Below are positions 1 through 8,542 of a stretch of DNA of 64,000 nt, in pieces; position 1 is the stretch's first letter; each line of letters opens with the position of its first letter. The stretch comes from Longimicrobiales bacterium. GTDB lineage: Bacteria; Gemmatimonadota; Gemmatimonadetes; Longimicrobiales; Gaopeijiaceae. Where the stretch lies: positions 2,496,001 through 2,560,000 of the forward strand of contig CBDBCF010000001.1 in the NCBI GenBank assembly GCA_965202985.1, in the 5' to 3' direction. The notes below the pieces were generated by a model. It did no database searches. It saw only the letters and a list, made by a program, of their open reading frames with translations, and was not told where the DNA came from. Both the position numbers and the translations under genes were made by a program.

Positions 1-62
1 TCGCCCAGCTTGAAGGCGTTCTCGGTGCCCAAGCGGGCCATGCGGTCTGCGATCAGCGACAA
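1..62 (-). CDS. 5' end of a PLP-dependent aminotransferase (class I/II, AspAT-like), runs off the window
   Basis: Minus strand reads (M)SLIADRMARLGTENAFKLG from TTG at 62, with GAGGA upstream; resembles AspAT-like N-termini. Confidence 0.6.
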   Translation of the reverse strand, partial: MSLIADRMARLGTENAFKLG

Positions 63-137
63 GGCGTCCTCTGTCCGAACGGTTGGCGTCGGTGGATCGG
101 TGAGCGTCGGTGGCGTTGCGAGTCCCGGACGGGCGCG

Positions 138-695
138 CTACCGCCTGGCCGCGATTCCCTGCACTTCGAACCGTGCCCCGAACAGCAGCGTTCCCGCCCC
201 GATGAAGGCCCGGGCGGGGTACTCCGTGGTGAAGTAGGTTCGGTAGACGCTGTTGAAGGCTTGGTAGTCGCCCACGTCCGAGGCGAAGACCTGGACGCTG
301 ACCAAGTCGTCCATGGCGAGGCCCGCGCTCTCCAGCGTCGCCTTGACGTTGTTCATGACGTTGGCGGCTTCGGCTTCGGCCGTGGCCGGCACTTGGCCGT
401 TCTCCAGGCCCAGCGCGCCGGACAGGTAGAGCGTGTGGCCGACCCAGACGGCCCCGCTGAAGGGGAGGACGTCTCCGTCGGCGGGCGACCGGGCGCCCAC
501 GTACTCGCGTGCGGGGAGCTGGGCGGACGTGGTTGCGGGGGAGGCGGACTCGCGCGACTCGGACTCGGGCGTCTCGGCGTCGCCCAGGGCGCAGGCGGAC
601 AGGAGGAGCGCCAAGCCCGTCGCGCAGAAGAGGGCCAGCGGGCGAGCAGGGAAGCAAACGGGGGAGCGACAGGCCGACGTTGTTGCCGAGCGCAT
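138..695 (-). CDS. RidA/YjgF family protein with lipoprotein-type signal peptide
   Basis: PFSGAVWVGHTLYLSG, FNSVYRTYF, PARAF and FEVQGIA motifs; hydrophobic stretch ending in LLLSAC lipobox; ATG at 695. Confidence 0.85.
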   Translation of the reverse strand: MRSATTSACRSPVCFPARPLALFCATGLALLLSACALGDAETPESESRESASPATTSAQLPAREYVGARSPADGDVLPFSGAVWVGHTLYLSGALGLENGQVPATAEAEAANVMNNVKATLESAGLAMDDLVSVQVFASDVGDYQAFNSVYRTYFTTEYPARAFIGAGTLLFGARFEVQGIAARR

Positions 696-772
696 TGGGG
701 CCGTACCTTGTGGGGCGTGGAGGTGTGGGCGCGCGAGCGAGTGGTTTCGGGCCAATCTAGGGAGAACGACGA

Positions 773-1132
773 ATGAGCCGCAACGTGGAATGGCGGTACC
801 ACCGCCCCGGCTGAACGAGCTGCAAGCGCACGCGAGAGTTCCTTGCGAAGAACGGAATCGAGACGAAAACGGTGCGTCATGCCGGAAAGGAACCGGTGGA
901 GGGAGATGCCGCCTTGGCGCTGCTGGAGGGCATGACCGACTTGGTGGTGACCAAGGGGCGGAAGGTCGAGCGCTTCGACTTGCGCGGGGACCGTCCGTCG
1001 GATGCCGACTTGCTGGCCGTCGTGCTGGGTCGCTCGGGGAAGTTGCGGGCCCCCGCCATGAGGACGGGCGCGACGCTGGTCGTCGGCTACAACGCCACGC
1101 TGCTGGAATCGCTGTTCGGCAAGGGAGCGTGA
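773..1132 (+). CDS. ArsC-family (seleno)protein with UxxC motif; in-frame TGA at 812-814
   Basis: GGAGA RBS, ATG 773, MSRNVEWRYHRPG-TGA-TSCKRTREFL continuing in frame into ORF 872..1132 with LGRSGKLRAPAMRTG..VVGYN. Confidence 0.85.
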
Positions 1133-2220
1133 CCTCGGATTCGGGCGAGGCGGCCGGGGCCGGCGCCGCCTCCGTCCGCGAAGCCGACGCGTCCGGCGGC
1201 CTGGGGCCAGCGATCGCGGCGGTCGTGGCCGGCCGGGACCTTTCGCGGGAAGAGGCCGGGCGCGCCTTCGCCCGCATCGTGTCGGGAGCGGCGTCGCCGG
1301 TCCGCATGGGCGCCTTCTTGGCGGCGCTCCAGGCCAAGGGCCCGTCGCCCTCCGAAGTGGCCGGCGGCGTGGACGCCCTGCGCGACGCCATGATCCGCGT
1401 TCCAGCGTCGGATCCGGCAGAGCTGCTGGATACGTGCGGCACCGGAGGCGGGGGGACGCCGACCTTCAACATCTCCACGATCGCGGCGCTGGTGGCGGCT
1501 GCGGGCGGCGTGCGCGTGGCCAAGCACGGCAACCGCTCGTTCACCTCCGAGTCCGGCAGCGCCGACGTGCTGGAGGCGCTGGGCGTCCGCTTGGACCTGA
1601 CTCCCGCGGGCATGGCGCAGGTCCTGTCCCAGGCCGGGATCGTGTTCATGTTCGCGCCGCTCCTGCACCCGGCCATGCGCCACGCCGCCCCCGTGCGGAA
1701 GGCGCTGGGCATCACCACGATCATGAACCTGCTGGGGCCGCTGGCCAACCCGGCGGGGACGCGCCGCCAAGTGGTCGGCGTCCCGGACCCGGCGTTCCTG
1801 GACTTGGTAGTGGATGCCCTGGCGGCACTGGGCCACGAACGCGCGTTGGTGGTCCACGGCGAGCCGGGGATGGACGAGATCAGCCCGTGCGGCGCCACCC
1901 AGATCGCCGAGCTGGCCGACGGCAGAGTCACCAAGTATCAGGTAACGCCCGAAGCCATCGGGCTGACGCCGGTTCCGCCTGAAGCGCTGGCCGGCGGCGA
2001 CCCCGACGACAACGCAGCCATGGCGAGGGCCGTGCTGGAGGGGATGGACCAAGGGCCGCGCCGCGCCGCCGTCCTGGCGAACGCGGCCGGGGCGTTCTAC
2101 GTGGCGGGCAAGGTGGAGAGCCTGGGCGAAGGCGTTCTGGCCGGGGCGCGGGCCATCGACTCGGGAGCCGCGTCCGGCGTGCTGGAGAAGCTGGTGGCGG
2201 CGACTCGGGCTGCGGCTTGA
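1129..2220 (+). CDS. trpD: anthranilate phosphoribosyltransferase
   Basis: DTCGTGG, FNIST, KHGNRSFTS-SGSADVLEALG, NLLGPLANP, GMDEISP; GTG start overlaps upstream TGA. Confidence 0.95.
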   Translation: MTSDSGEAAGAGAASVREADASGGLGPAIAAVVAGRDLSREEAGRAFARIVSGAASPVRMGAFLAALQAKGPSPSEVAGGVDALRDAMIRVPASDPAELLDTCGTGGGGTPTFNISTIAALVAAAGGVRVAKHGNRSFTSESGSADVLEALGVRLDLTPAGMAQVLSQAGIVFMFAPLLHPAMRHAAPVRKALGITTIMNLLGPLANPAGTRRQVVGVPDPAFLDLVVDALAALGHERALVVHGEPGMDEISPCGATQIAELADGRVTKYQVTPEAIGLTPVPPEALAGGDPDDNAAMARAVLEGMDQGPRRAAVLANAAGAFYVAGKVESLGEGVLAGARAIDSGAASGVLEKLVAATRAAA

Positions 2221-2322
2221 GGTGGAAGCTCTCCCCGAGGTTTTCTCGACGAAAGGCATTTCGACCGCTCTCCCTACGCAGGTTACCGCGTCTTCCCGTC
2301 TCCCTAAGCTGTCGCGATTGAC

Positions 2323-2430
2323 CTGGTCGAAGACTCCGTCGGCTACGGCGTGCCGCTACCCGTCGGCGACCAAGTGAAGCCGTTCGGCCGACGCCGTCTC
2401 GGCCTCCTGGGCAGGATCGTCTTCGACTAG
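2323..2430. repeat. nested inverted-repeat element between convergent trpD and rpn
   Basis: CTGGTCGAAGAC (2323-2334) pairs with GTCTTCGACTAG (2419-2430); CGTCGGCTACGGC (2337-2349) pairs imperfectly with GCCGTTCGGCCGACG (2379-2393). Confidence 0.55.
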
Positions 2431-2443
2431 ATCTACCGGGTAG

Positions 2444-3574
2444 CTACCGGGTAATGGAGGCGCCGTTGGCCGCTTCGGCCAGCAGTTCGTCCCCCGTCTC
2501 GCAGTCCACCACGGCGTCGCCCACCTGCACCAACTGCTCGGGACCCATCGCCCCCACCAAACCCTCCAGACGCTCCGCCGTCTCCGCCCCGAACTTCCGC
2601 GACGCCTGCCGAAGCACCATCTCCCGGTGACCTCGCGCCACGCCCCTCGCCATGCCCCTGCGCTCGTGGCCCTCCACCCACTCCTCGTAGTACGTCTGCC
2701 CCATTTCCAACGCCTCCTCTGGCTGAATGATCCCCTGCACGATAACTACCCTCCGCTCCGCCGGCACGCCCGCCGACCGCATCCGCTCGTCCGTCCACTT
2801 CGCGAACGCCTCCCGTAACGACGCCTGCGCCTCCCCGGCCCACTGCCCCGCCAACGAAGCGTGTACGCGCGGAAAGGCCGCCCCCAACGGCTCCCGCTCC
2901 AACGCGCCCAGCCAGCCCAGCAACGAGTCCGCTGGCAGCAAGCCCTCCGCCGACGCCGACTGCAAGTCCAGCACGAAGCACCGATGCGCGGTGCCGAAGC
3001 CGGCTACGGCGCGCGCAACGACCGGCGAAGGCGCCGGCGTGCGTGTCAGGGCGGCCAAGCTCGTCTCCGCCGGCCAGCGCTTCGGGCCGGTGTGAAGGAC
3101 GCAGGAGAGGAGCAAGGGCACGGCGTCGCCGGGGTCCAGCATCGTCGGGTTGTCCCGCAGCGCCTCGACCATGCCGATCGCGTAGTCCAAGGTGCGAAGC
3201 GCCATGTCGGGATCGTGGGACGCCTGGAACTCGACCAGGAAGACGACCGAGGCCTCGCTGTCCTTGAACCAGACCCGGAGCGCGAAGTCGGCCAGCCTGC
3301 GCTTGAGGCCCTTGGAGATCGTCTCGGTGGGAACCAGCGTGGCGGTCTCGAGGTCGAGGTGCTCGTGCCACTCGACGGCAAGGAAGTCGCGGATCAAGGA
3401 CTCGATCGCCGTGCGGTGGGCGAAGAGGCTCTTGTAGGTCTGGTCGTGGCGACGCCGCTCGCGCTCTTGGGGCGCGTCGTTCTGGGGATCACCAGCGGCC
3501 GCGGCCGCCTGGTCGGATTGCTGGGACGAGTCGGGGGCGTCGGGCGGTCGGCGTTCGTAGGGAGTTCGGTCCAT
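2444..3574 (-). CDS. Rpn/YhgA-family PD-(D/E)xK recombination-promoting nuclease, copy 1
   Basis: HDQTYKSLF, RRLADFALRV, FLVEFQASHDPDMALR, VLHTG..W; C-terminal RG..RG..RG..RKFG tail. Confidence 0.85.
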   Translation of the reverse strand: MDRTPYERRPPDAPDSSQQSDQAAAAAGDPQNDAPQERERRRHDQTYKSLFAHRTAIESLIRDFLAVEWHEHLDLETATLVPTETISKGLKRRLADFALRVWFKDSEASVVFLVEFQASHDPDMALRTLDYAIGMVEALRDNPTMLDPGDAVPLLLSCVLHTGPKRWPAETSLAALTRTPAPSPVVARAVAGFGTAHRCFVLDLQSASAEGLLPADSLLGWLGALEREPLGAAFPRVHASLAGQWAGEAQASLREAFAKWTDERMRSAGVPAERRVVIVQGIIQPEEALEMGQTYYEEWVEGHERRGMARGVARGHREMVLRQASRKFGAETAERLEGLVGAMGPEQLVQVGDAVVDCETGDELLAEAANGASITR

Positions 3575-3816
3575 TTGGGCGAGCGGCCTTTGGGGCGCGG
3601 GGGCTCGTGCCGCCTCTCGGGCGGATACCCGAACGATGGGGCCGAAAACGGGGCATTTGGATAGCTGTTTGGGACACACTTTTCGCCGGACTCACGGGGA
3701 CTGCCTTCTCGGCGTCGGACCACGACTCCGCGTACCCAGTAGCGTACACCCGCAAATCTGCGCCAAACCCTTGTCGCGCAAGGGATTTCGCATCTTCCGG
3801 GGGACGGAACTTCGGC

Positions 3817-4011
3817 TTAGTGAACCGTCCCCGGTGCGCCCGCTGTCGGGCGGAAGTCGCCGCGGGGCGGGAGACGCCGCGCCCGGGAGGTTGGCGCCCC
3901 GGCCCGGCGCGACGAACCTGCCTTGCCGGCCCCCGTCGCCTGCCGCCGTTCGGCGACGACGATCCTTCTGCCTTCTCGGGTCAGGTGTCCGACCGCGAAG
4001 ATCGTTCTCAT
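3817..4011 (-). CDS. possible small basic protein (64 aa) downstream of lexA
   Basis: GAAAGGA RBS shortly before ATG 4011; co-oriented with lexA; no recognisable domain. Confidence 0.3.
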   Translation of the reverse strand: MRTIFAVGHLTREGRRIVVAERRQATGAGKAGSSRRAGAPTSRARRLPPRGDFRPTAGAPGTVH

Positions 4012-4087
4012 CGTCCGTGTCCTTTCGGAAATCGTGCCGGCCGGGGCTGGGCCCGCCGGCTCGGAGGTCGCGTTTTGGAGTGGGTGG

Positions 4088-4690
4088 TCAGTACTTCCGG
4101 ATCAGCCCGACCACTACCCCTTGTACTCGCACCGCGCCGGAATGTTCCAAAATGGGTTCCATGCGGGGGTTGGCGGGTTGGAGCCGGATTCGGTCGGGGG
4201 GCTCGCGGTAGAGCTTCTTGACGGTCGCGGCCTCGTCGTCCACCAGGGCCACGACGGTCTCGCCGTCCCGGGCGGTGTCGCGCTGCTCGACCACGATGTA
4301 GTCGCCGTCGCGGATCTGCTCGTCGATCATCGACTGGCCGGCGACGCGAAGCACGTAGTGGTCCCGGCCGGGGCGGACCAGCTCCTCGGGCACCAGTACC
4401 GTCTCGCGGTCCTCCACGGCCTCGATGGGCAGGCCCGCCGCCACCGTTCCCAGCAGCGGCAGCGACAGCGACACCGCCGGCTGCTCCGGGAAGCCGATGG
4501 AGCGGCTGCCCCGGTACGACTTCCGTATGTACCCCTTCCGTTCCAGATTGGAGAGGTGCTCGTGAACGGTGGCCAGCGAGGCGTACCCGAACTCGTCGCG
4601 GATCTCCTCGAAGCTGGGCGCGTAGTCGTTCACGTCGATGAAGTACCGCAGGAAGTCCAGGATCTCCTTCTGGCGCTTGGTCAGGGTCAT
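4088..4690 (-). CDS. lexA: SOS repressor LexA
   Basis: MTLTKRQKEILD, PSFEEI, HLSNLERKGYI, VAAG-P cleavage site, LRVAGQSM (Ser), ATVKK (Lys), LQPANP. Confidence 0.97.
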   Translation of the reverse strand: MTLTKRQKEILDFLRYFIDVNDYAPSFEEIRDEFGYASLATVHEHLSNLERKGYIRKSYRGSRSIGFPEQPAVSLSLPLLGTVAAGLPIEAVEDRETVLVPEELVRPGRDHYVLRVAGQSMIDEQIRDGDYIVVEQRDTARDGETVVALVDDEAATVKKLYREPPDRIRLQPANPRMEPILEHSGAVRVQGVVVGLIRKY

Positions 4691-4745
4691 CTCTCGTCTC
4701 CGCTTGGAGGCTGGGGAAGGTCGATCGGCGCGCCCCGAGGGCGAA

Positions 4746-4796
4746 CCGAACATGCTCCGAACACGCTAACCGAAGTTATACCGAAGTGCAACCGAA
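4746..4796. promoter_or_regulatory. putative LexA operator array (CCGAA direct repeats, including GAAC-N7-GAAC)
   Basis: CCGAA at 4746, 4757, 4770, 4781, 4792 in the lexA/trpC divergent gap. Confidence 0.6.
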
Positions 4797-4808
4797 GGAG
4801 CAACCCTC

Positions 4809-6392
4809 GTGGCGGTAGCGCGCGCGGAAGCGGGCATTCTGGAGCGGATCGTGGCGTCCAAGGAGGCCGAAGTGGCCGCCCTGCGCCGCAACCGGCGGGC
4901 GCTGGCCCGAGCGGCGGACGAGGCGCCTCCCGCGTTGCCGGTGCTGGGACCGGTGGCGGCGAATTCCCGGGTCTCGGTGTTCGCAGAGGTCAAGCGACGG
5001 TCGCCGGGAGCGGGCGCCATCGCCCCCGAGCTGGACCCGGTCGCCTTGTCGGCGGCGTACCAGGCCGGCGGCGCCGGGGTTGTCAGCGTGCTCACGGACG
5101 GGCCTTGGTTCGGCGGTTCGCTGGCGGACTTGGAGGCGGTGGCGCGGGCGCGGACGGTTCCCGTGCTCCGGAAGGACTTCGTGGTGGACGAGATGCAGGT
5201 GTTGGAAGCGCGGGCCGCGGGGGCGTCGCTGGTGCTGCTCGTCGTCCGGATACTGGGCGCCGCGCTGCTGGCCGACTTGCGCGCCATGGTGCACGATCTG
5301 GGCATGGCGGCGCTGGTGGAGGCGCACGACGAGGCCGAAGTGGACGCGGCGCTGGACGCCGGTGCGCGGCTGGTGGGGATCAACAACCGGGACTTGGCGT
5401 CGTTCGAGACGGGGCTCCAGGTGACGGAGCGCCTTGCGCCGCGGGTGCCCGAAGACGTGCTCGTGGTGTCGGAGAGCGGGATCACGGACGCTGCCGATGT
5501 GGCCAGGGTCGCGGCTGCGGGTGCCGCGGCGGTTCTGGTGGGCGAGGCGCTGGTGCGGAGCGGTGATCCGGCCCGCGCGGTGGCGGAGATGGCCGCCGTG
5601 TCCCGTCGGGCGGGCCGGGCGAGCACCCGGACGGCCATGAACGTCCGGACGACACGCACGCGTGCTCGGACGACCGCGGCCAAGGTGTGCGGCGTGACCA
5701 CGCCCCCAGACGCGGCGGCCGTAGCGGATGCAGGGGCGGACTACGTGGGCGTGGTCCTGTCCCCCGGATATGGACGCAGCGTGAGCCTGGGCAGAGCGCG
5801 ACGGGTGTTCGAGGCGTGCGCCGGCGCCCGCGTGCGCCGTGTCGGCGTCTTCGTGGACGAGGAGCCGAGGCAGGTGGTGGAGGCGGCGCGCGCGCTCCGT
5901 CTCGACGTGGTTCAGTTGCACGGGCGGGAGACGCCTCGTGTGGTTGCGGGCGTCGGCGCCGAAGGGCCTTGGCGGGTATGGAAGACGATCCACGCCGGGC
6001 TCGGCGCCGTCCGCTTGGCCGATGCGGTTGCCCCCTACGCAGGCACGGCCGACGGCGTCTTGGTGGACGCGTGGGACCCGAATTCGCCCGGTGGAACGGG
6101 GCGTGCCTTCGTATGGGACGGAGTGAGTCGGGAGGTGCGCCGGGCCGCCCCCGACGCCGTGTTCGTGGCCGCCGGCGGCATGACGCCCGCCAACGCCGCC
6201 CATGCGGTTCGCGCTCTGGCCCCCGACGTGCTGGACGTCAGCTCCGGCGTGGAGTCGGCGTTGCGCGCCGGGGACGCGCCCCCGAGCGCCAGGGGGGACT
6301 CGGCCGGCGCCGGGGATGCGGTCATGGCCAAGGACCCGGCCAAGGTGCGAGCGTTCGTCGAGGCCGTGCGGACGGCGGGGCGGGGGCAGTGA
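4809..6392 (+). CDS. trpCF: fused indole-3-glycerol-phosphate synthase / phosphoribosylanthranilate isomerase
   Basis: [30 protein letters not shown] followed in frame by [39 protein letters not shown]. Confidence 0.9.
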   Translation: MAVARAEAGILERIVASKEAEVAALRRNRRALARAADEAPPALPVLGPVAANSRVSVFAEVKRRSPGAGAIAPELDPVALSAAYQAGGAGVVSVLTDGPWFGGSLADLEAVARARTVPVLRKDFVVDEMQVLEARAAGASLVLLVVRILGAALLADLRAMVHDLGMAALVEAHDEAEVDAALDAGARLVGINNRDLASFETGLQVTERLAPRVPEDVLVVSESGITDAADVARVAAAGAAAVLVGEALVRSGDPARAVAEMAAVSRRAGRASTRTAMNVRTTRTRARTTAAKVCGVTTPPDAAAVADAGADYVGVVLSPGYGRSVSLGRARRVFEACAGARVRRVGVFVDEEPRQVVEAARALRLDVVQLHGRETPRVVAGVGAEGPWRVWKTIHAGLGAVRLADAVAPYAGTADGVLVDAWDPNSPGGTGRAFVWDGVSREVRRAAPDAVFVAAGGMTPANAAHAVRALAPDVLDVSSGVESALRAGDAPPSARGDSAGAGDAVMAKDPAKVRAFVEAVRTAGRGQ

Positions 6393-7642
6393 GCGGTGCG
6401 GGAGCCATGAGCGCACCGCAGGACGGACGCTTCGGCCCCTACGGCGGCCGCTACGTGCCCGAGACGCTGATTCCCGCCCTGGACGAGCTGTCCGCGGCCT
6501 ACCGGGAAGCCGTGGCGGACCCGGCCTTCCAAGCCGAGACGGACCGCCTGGGCACCGACTACGTGGGCCGTCCCACGCCGCTCTACCGCGCCCGTCGCCT
6601 GGAGGAGGCCGCCCGCACCGGCCCCGTGTACCTGAAGCGCGAGGACCTCAACCACACCGGCGCCCACAAGATCAACAACACCATCGGCCAAGCCCTGCTG
6701 GCCAAGCGCATGGGCAAGCCCCGCGTCATCGCCGAGACCGGCGCCGGGCAGCACGGAGTCGCCACGGCCACGGCCTGCGCGCTCCTGGACCTGGAGTGCG
6801 TCGTCTACATGGGCGCCGAGGACATGGAGCGCCAGTCCCTGAACGTGTACCGCATGGAGCTGCTGGGCGCCCAAGTGCGGCGCGTGGATTCGGGGACGCG
6901 CACCCTCAAGGACGCCACGAACGAGGCGCTCCGGGACTGGGTGACCCACGTCGCCCGCACGCACTACGTCATCGGATCGGTGGTCGGGCCGCACCCCTTT
7001 CCGCTGATCGTCCGGGACTTCCAAGCGGTGATCGGACACGAGGCCCGGCGCCAGTTCCTCGAGGCCGAAGGGCGGTTGCCGGCCGCCGTGCTGGCGTGCG
7101 TCGGCGGCGGGTCCAACGCCATGGGCATCTTCCACGCCTTCGCGACCGACGCCCCCGTGGCGCTCGTCGGCGTCGAGGCGGCGGGGGACGGGCTGGGCAG
7201 CGGGCGCACGTCGGCGTCGCTGGCGGAAGGGCGGCCCGGCGTGCTGCACGGTTCGCGGAGCTACCTGCTCCAGGACGCCGACGGACAGGTGGCACCCGCG
7301 CATTCCGTGGCCGCCGGCCTGGACTACCCCGGCGTGGGACCGGAACACGCTTGGCTCAAGGACTCGGGGCGAGCCCGGTACGTCAGCGTCGGCGACGAGG
7401 CGGCCCAAGCGGCGTTCCGCGCCCTGCCGCGCCTGGAGGGCATCATCCCGGCCCTGGAGTCGGCTCACGCCCTGGCCTACCTGCTCGAAGCCGGCCCCCG
7501 GGGCGAAGTCGCTGGGCCGGTGCTGGTTTGCCTGAGCGGTCGGGGCGACAAGGACGCGGCGCACGTGGCGGACGCCCCGGCCGACGGGAGCGGGCGTGCC
7601 GGCCCAAGCGACGGCGCCCCCGCCGACGGAAATGCGCCCTAG
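6389..7642 (+). CDS. trpB: tryptophan synthase beta subunit (start 6389 or 6407)
   Basis: [55 protein letters not shown]. Confidence 0.97.
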   Translation: MSGAGAMSAPQDGRFGPYGGRYVPETLIPALDELSAAYREAVADPAFQAETDRLGTDYVGRPTPLYRARRLEEAARTGPVYLKREDLNHTGAHKINNTIGQALLAKRMGKPRVIAETGAGQHGVATATACALLDLECVVYMGAEDMERQSLNVYRMELLGAQVRRVDSGTRTLKDATNEALRDWVTHVARTHYVIGSVVGPHPFPLIVRDFQAVIGHEARRQFLEAEGRLPAAVLACVGGGSNAMGIFHAFATDAPVALVGVEAAGDGLGSGRTSASLAEGRPGVLHGSRSYLLQDADGQVAPAHSVAAGLDYPGVGPEHAWLKDSGRARYVSVGDEAAQAAFRALPRLEGIIPALESAHALAYLLEAGPRGEVAGPVLVCLSGRGDKDAAHVADAPADGSGRAGPSDGAPADGNAP

Positions 7643-8456
7643 GATGCCGCCCGGCGACGCCCGCCGCACCCGCATCACCGCCCGGTTCGAAGAGTTGGCC
7701 GAGCAGGACCGCCCCGGCTTCGTCCCCTACCTGACTGCGGGCTACCCCAGCCTGGACCACACGCTCGACCTCCTGATCGGCTTGGCGGAGGCCGGGGCCG
7801 ACGTGATCGAACTGGGGGTTCCCTTCAGCGATCCCATGGCCGACGGTCCCACCATTCAGCGCTCGTGCCAAGAGGCGCTGGACGCCGGCGCCGCCGTGGA
7901 CGACGTGCTCGACGTGCTGGCCCGGTTGCGACGCGCCAGTCAAGTCCCCGTGGTCCTCTTCTCGTACCTGAACCCGATCCTGGCCCGGGGCATCGACGCC
8001 TTCCTGAGCGAAGCCGCGGACGCCGGCGCCGACGGTCTTTTGGCCACGGACCTGCCGCTGGGCGCCGACCCGGAGTTGGAGGCCCGCGTCACGGAGAGCC
8101 CGCTGGACTTGGTTCGCCTCGTGGCGCCCACCACGACCCCGGACCGAACCCGAGAGATCGTCCGCGCCAGCCAAGGCTTCGCCTACTACATCTCGCGAAC
8201 CGGCGTGACGGGCGCCCGAACCGAGCTGCGCGACGCCCTGGCGGCGGAGGTGGCCGCGGTCCGCTCCGTGTCTCCCGTGCCCGTGGCCGTGGGCTTCGGC
8301 GTGGCGACTCCGGACCAAGCCCGAGCCGTCGGCGCCGTGGCCGATGCTGTCGTGGTAGGCAGCGCCCTGGTGGACCGGCTTCGAGAGGGCGGCTTGGCCG
8401 ATGCGCTGGCCCTGGCCGGGGAGTTGCGGCGAGAGCTGGACCAAGCGCGAAAGTAG
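7632..8456 (+). CDS. trpA: tryptophan synthase alpha subunit (start 7632 or 7644)
   Basis: [45 protein letters not shown]. Confidence 0.96.
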   Translation: MRPRMPPGDARRTRITARFEELAEQDRPGFVPYLTAGYPSLDHTLDLLIGLAEAGADVIELGVPFSDPMADGPTIQRSCQEALDAGAAVDDVLDVLARLRRASQVPVVLFSYLNPILARGIDAFLSEAADAGADGLLATDLPLGADPELEARVTESPLDLVRLVAPTTTPDRTREIVRASQGFAYYISRTGVTGARTELRDALAAEVAAVRSVSPVPVAVGFGVATPDQARAVGAVADAVVVGSALVDRLREGGLADALALAGELRRELDQARK

Positions 8457-8542
8457 GGGCTGCCCAAACTATACGACGCAAGTGGAGAGATGATCAAGCC
8501 GCCAGGCGCGCGCCCCGCCGGGCAAGGACGGAAGGAGCCTCC

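Noticed and set aside
696..1934. N-terminal 400+ aa of the 598-aa ORF 138..1934
   Set aside because: Antisense shadow of trpD and the selenoprotein; only the RidA part from ATG 695 looks real
3629..3646. Two CCGAA units upstream of rpn copy 1 as a LexA box
   Set aside because: 13-bp spacing only, and the first unit is not kept in copy 2
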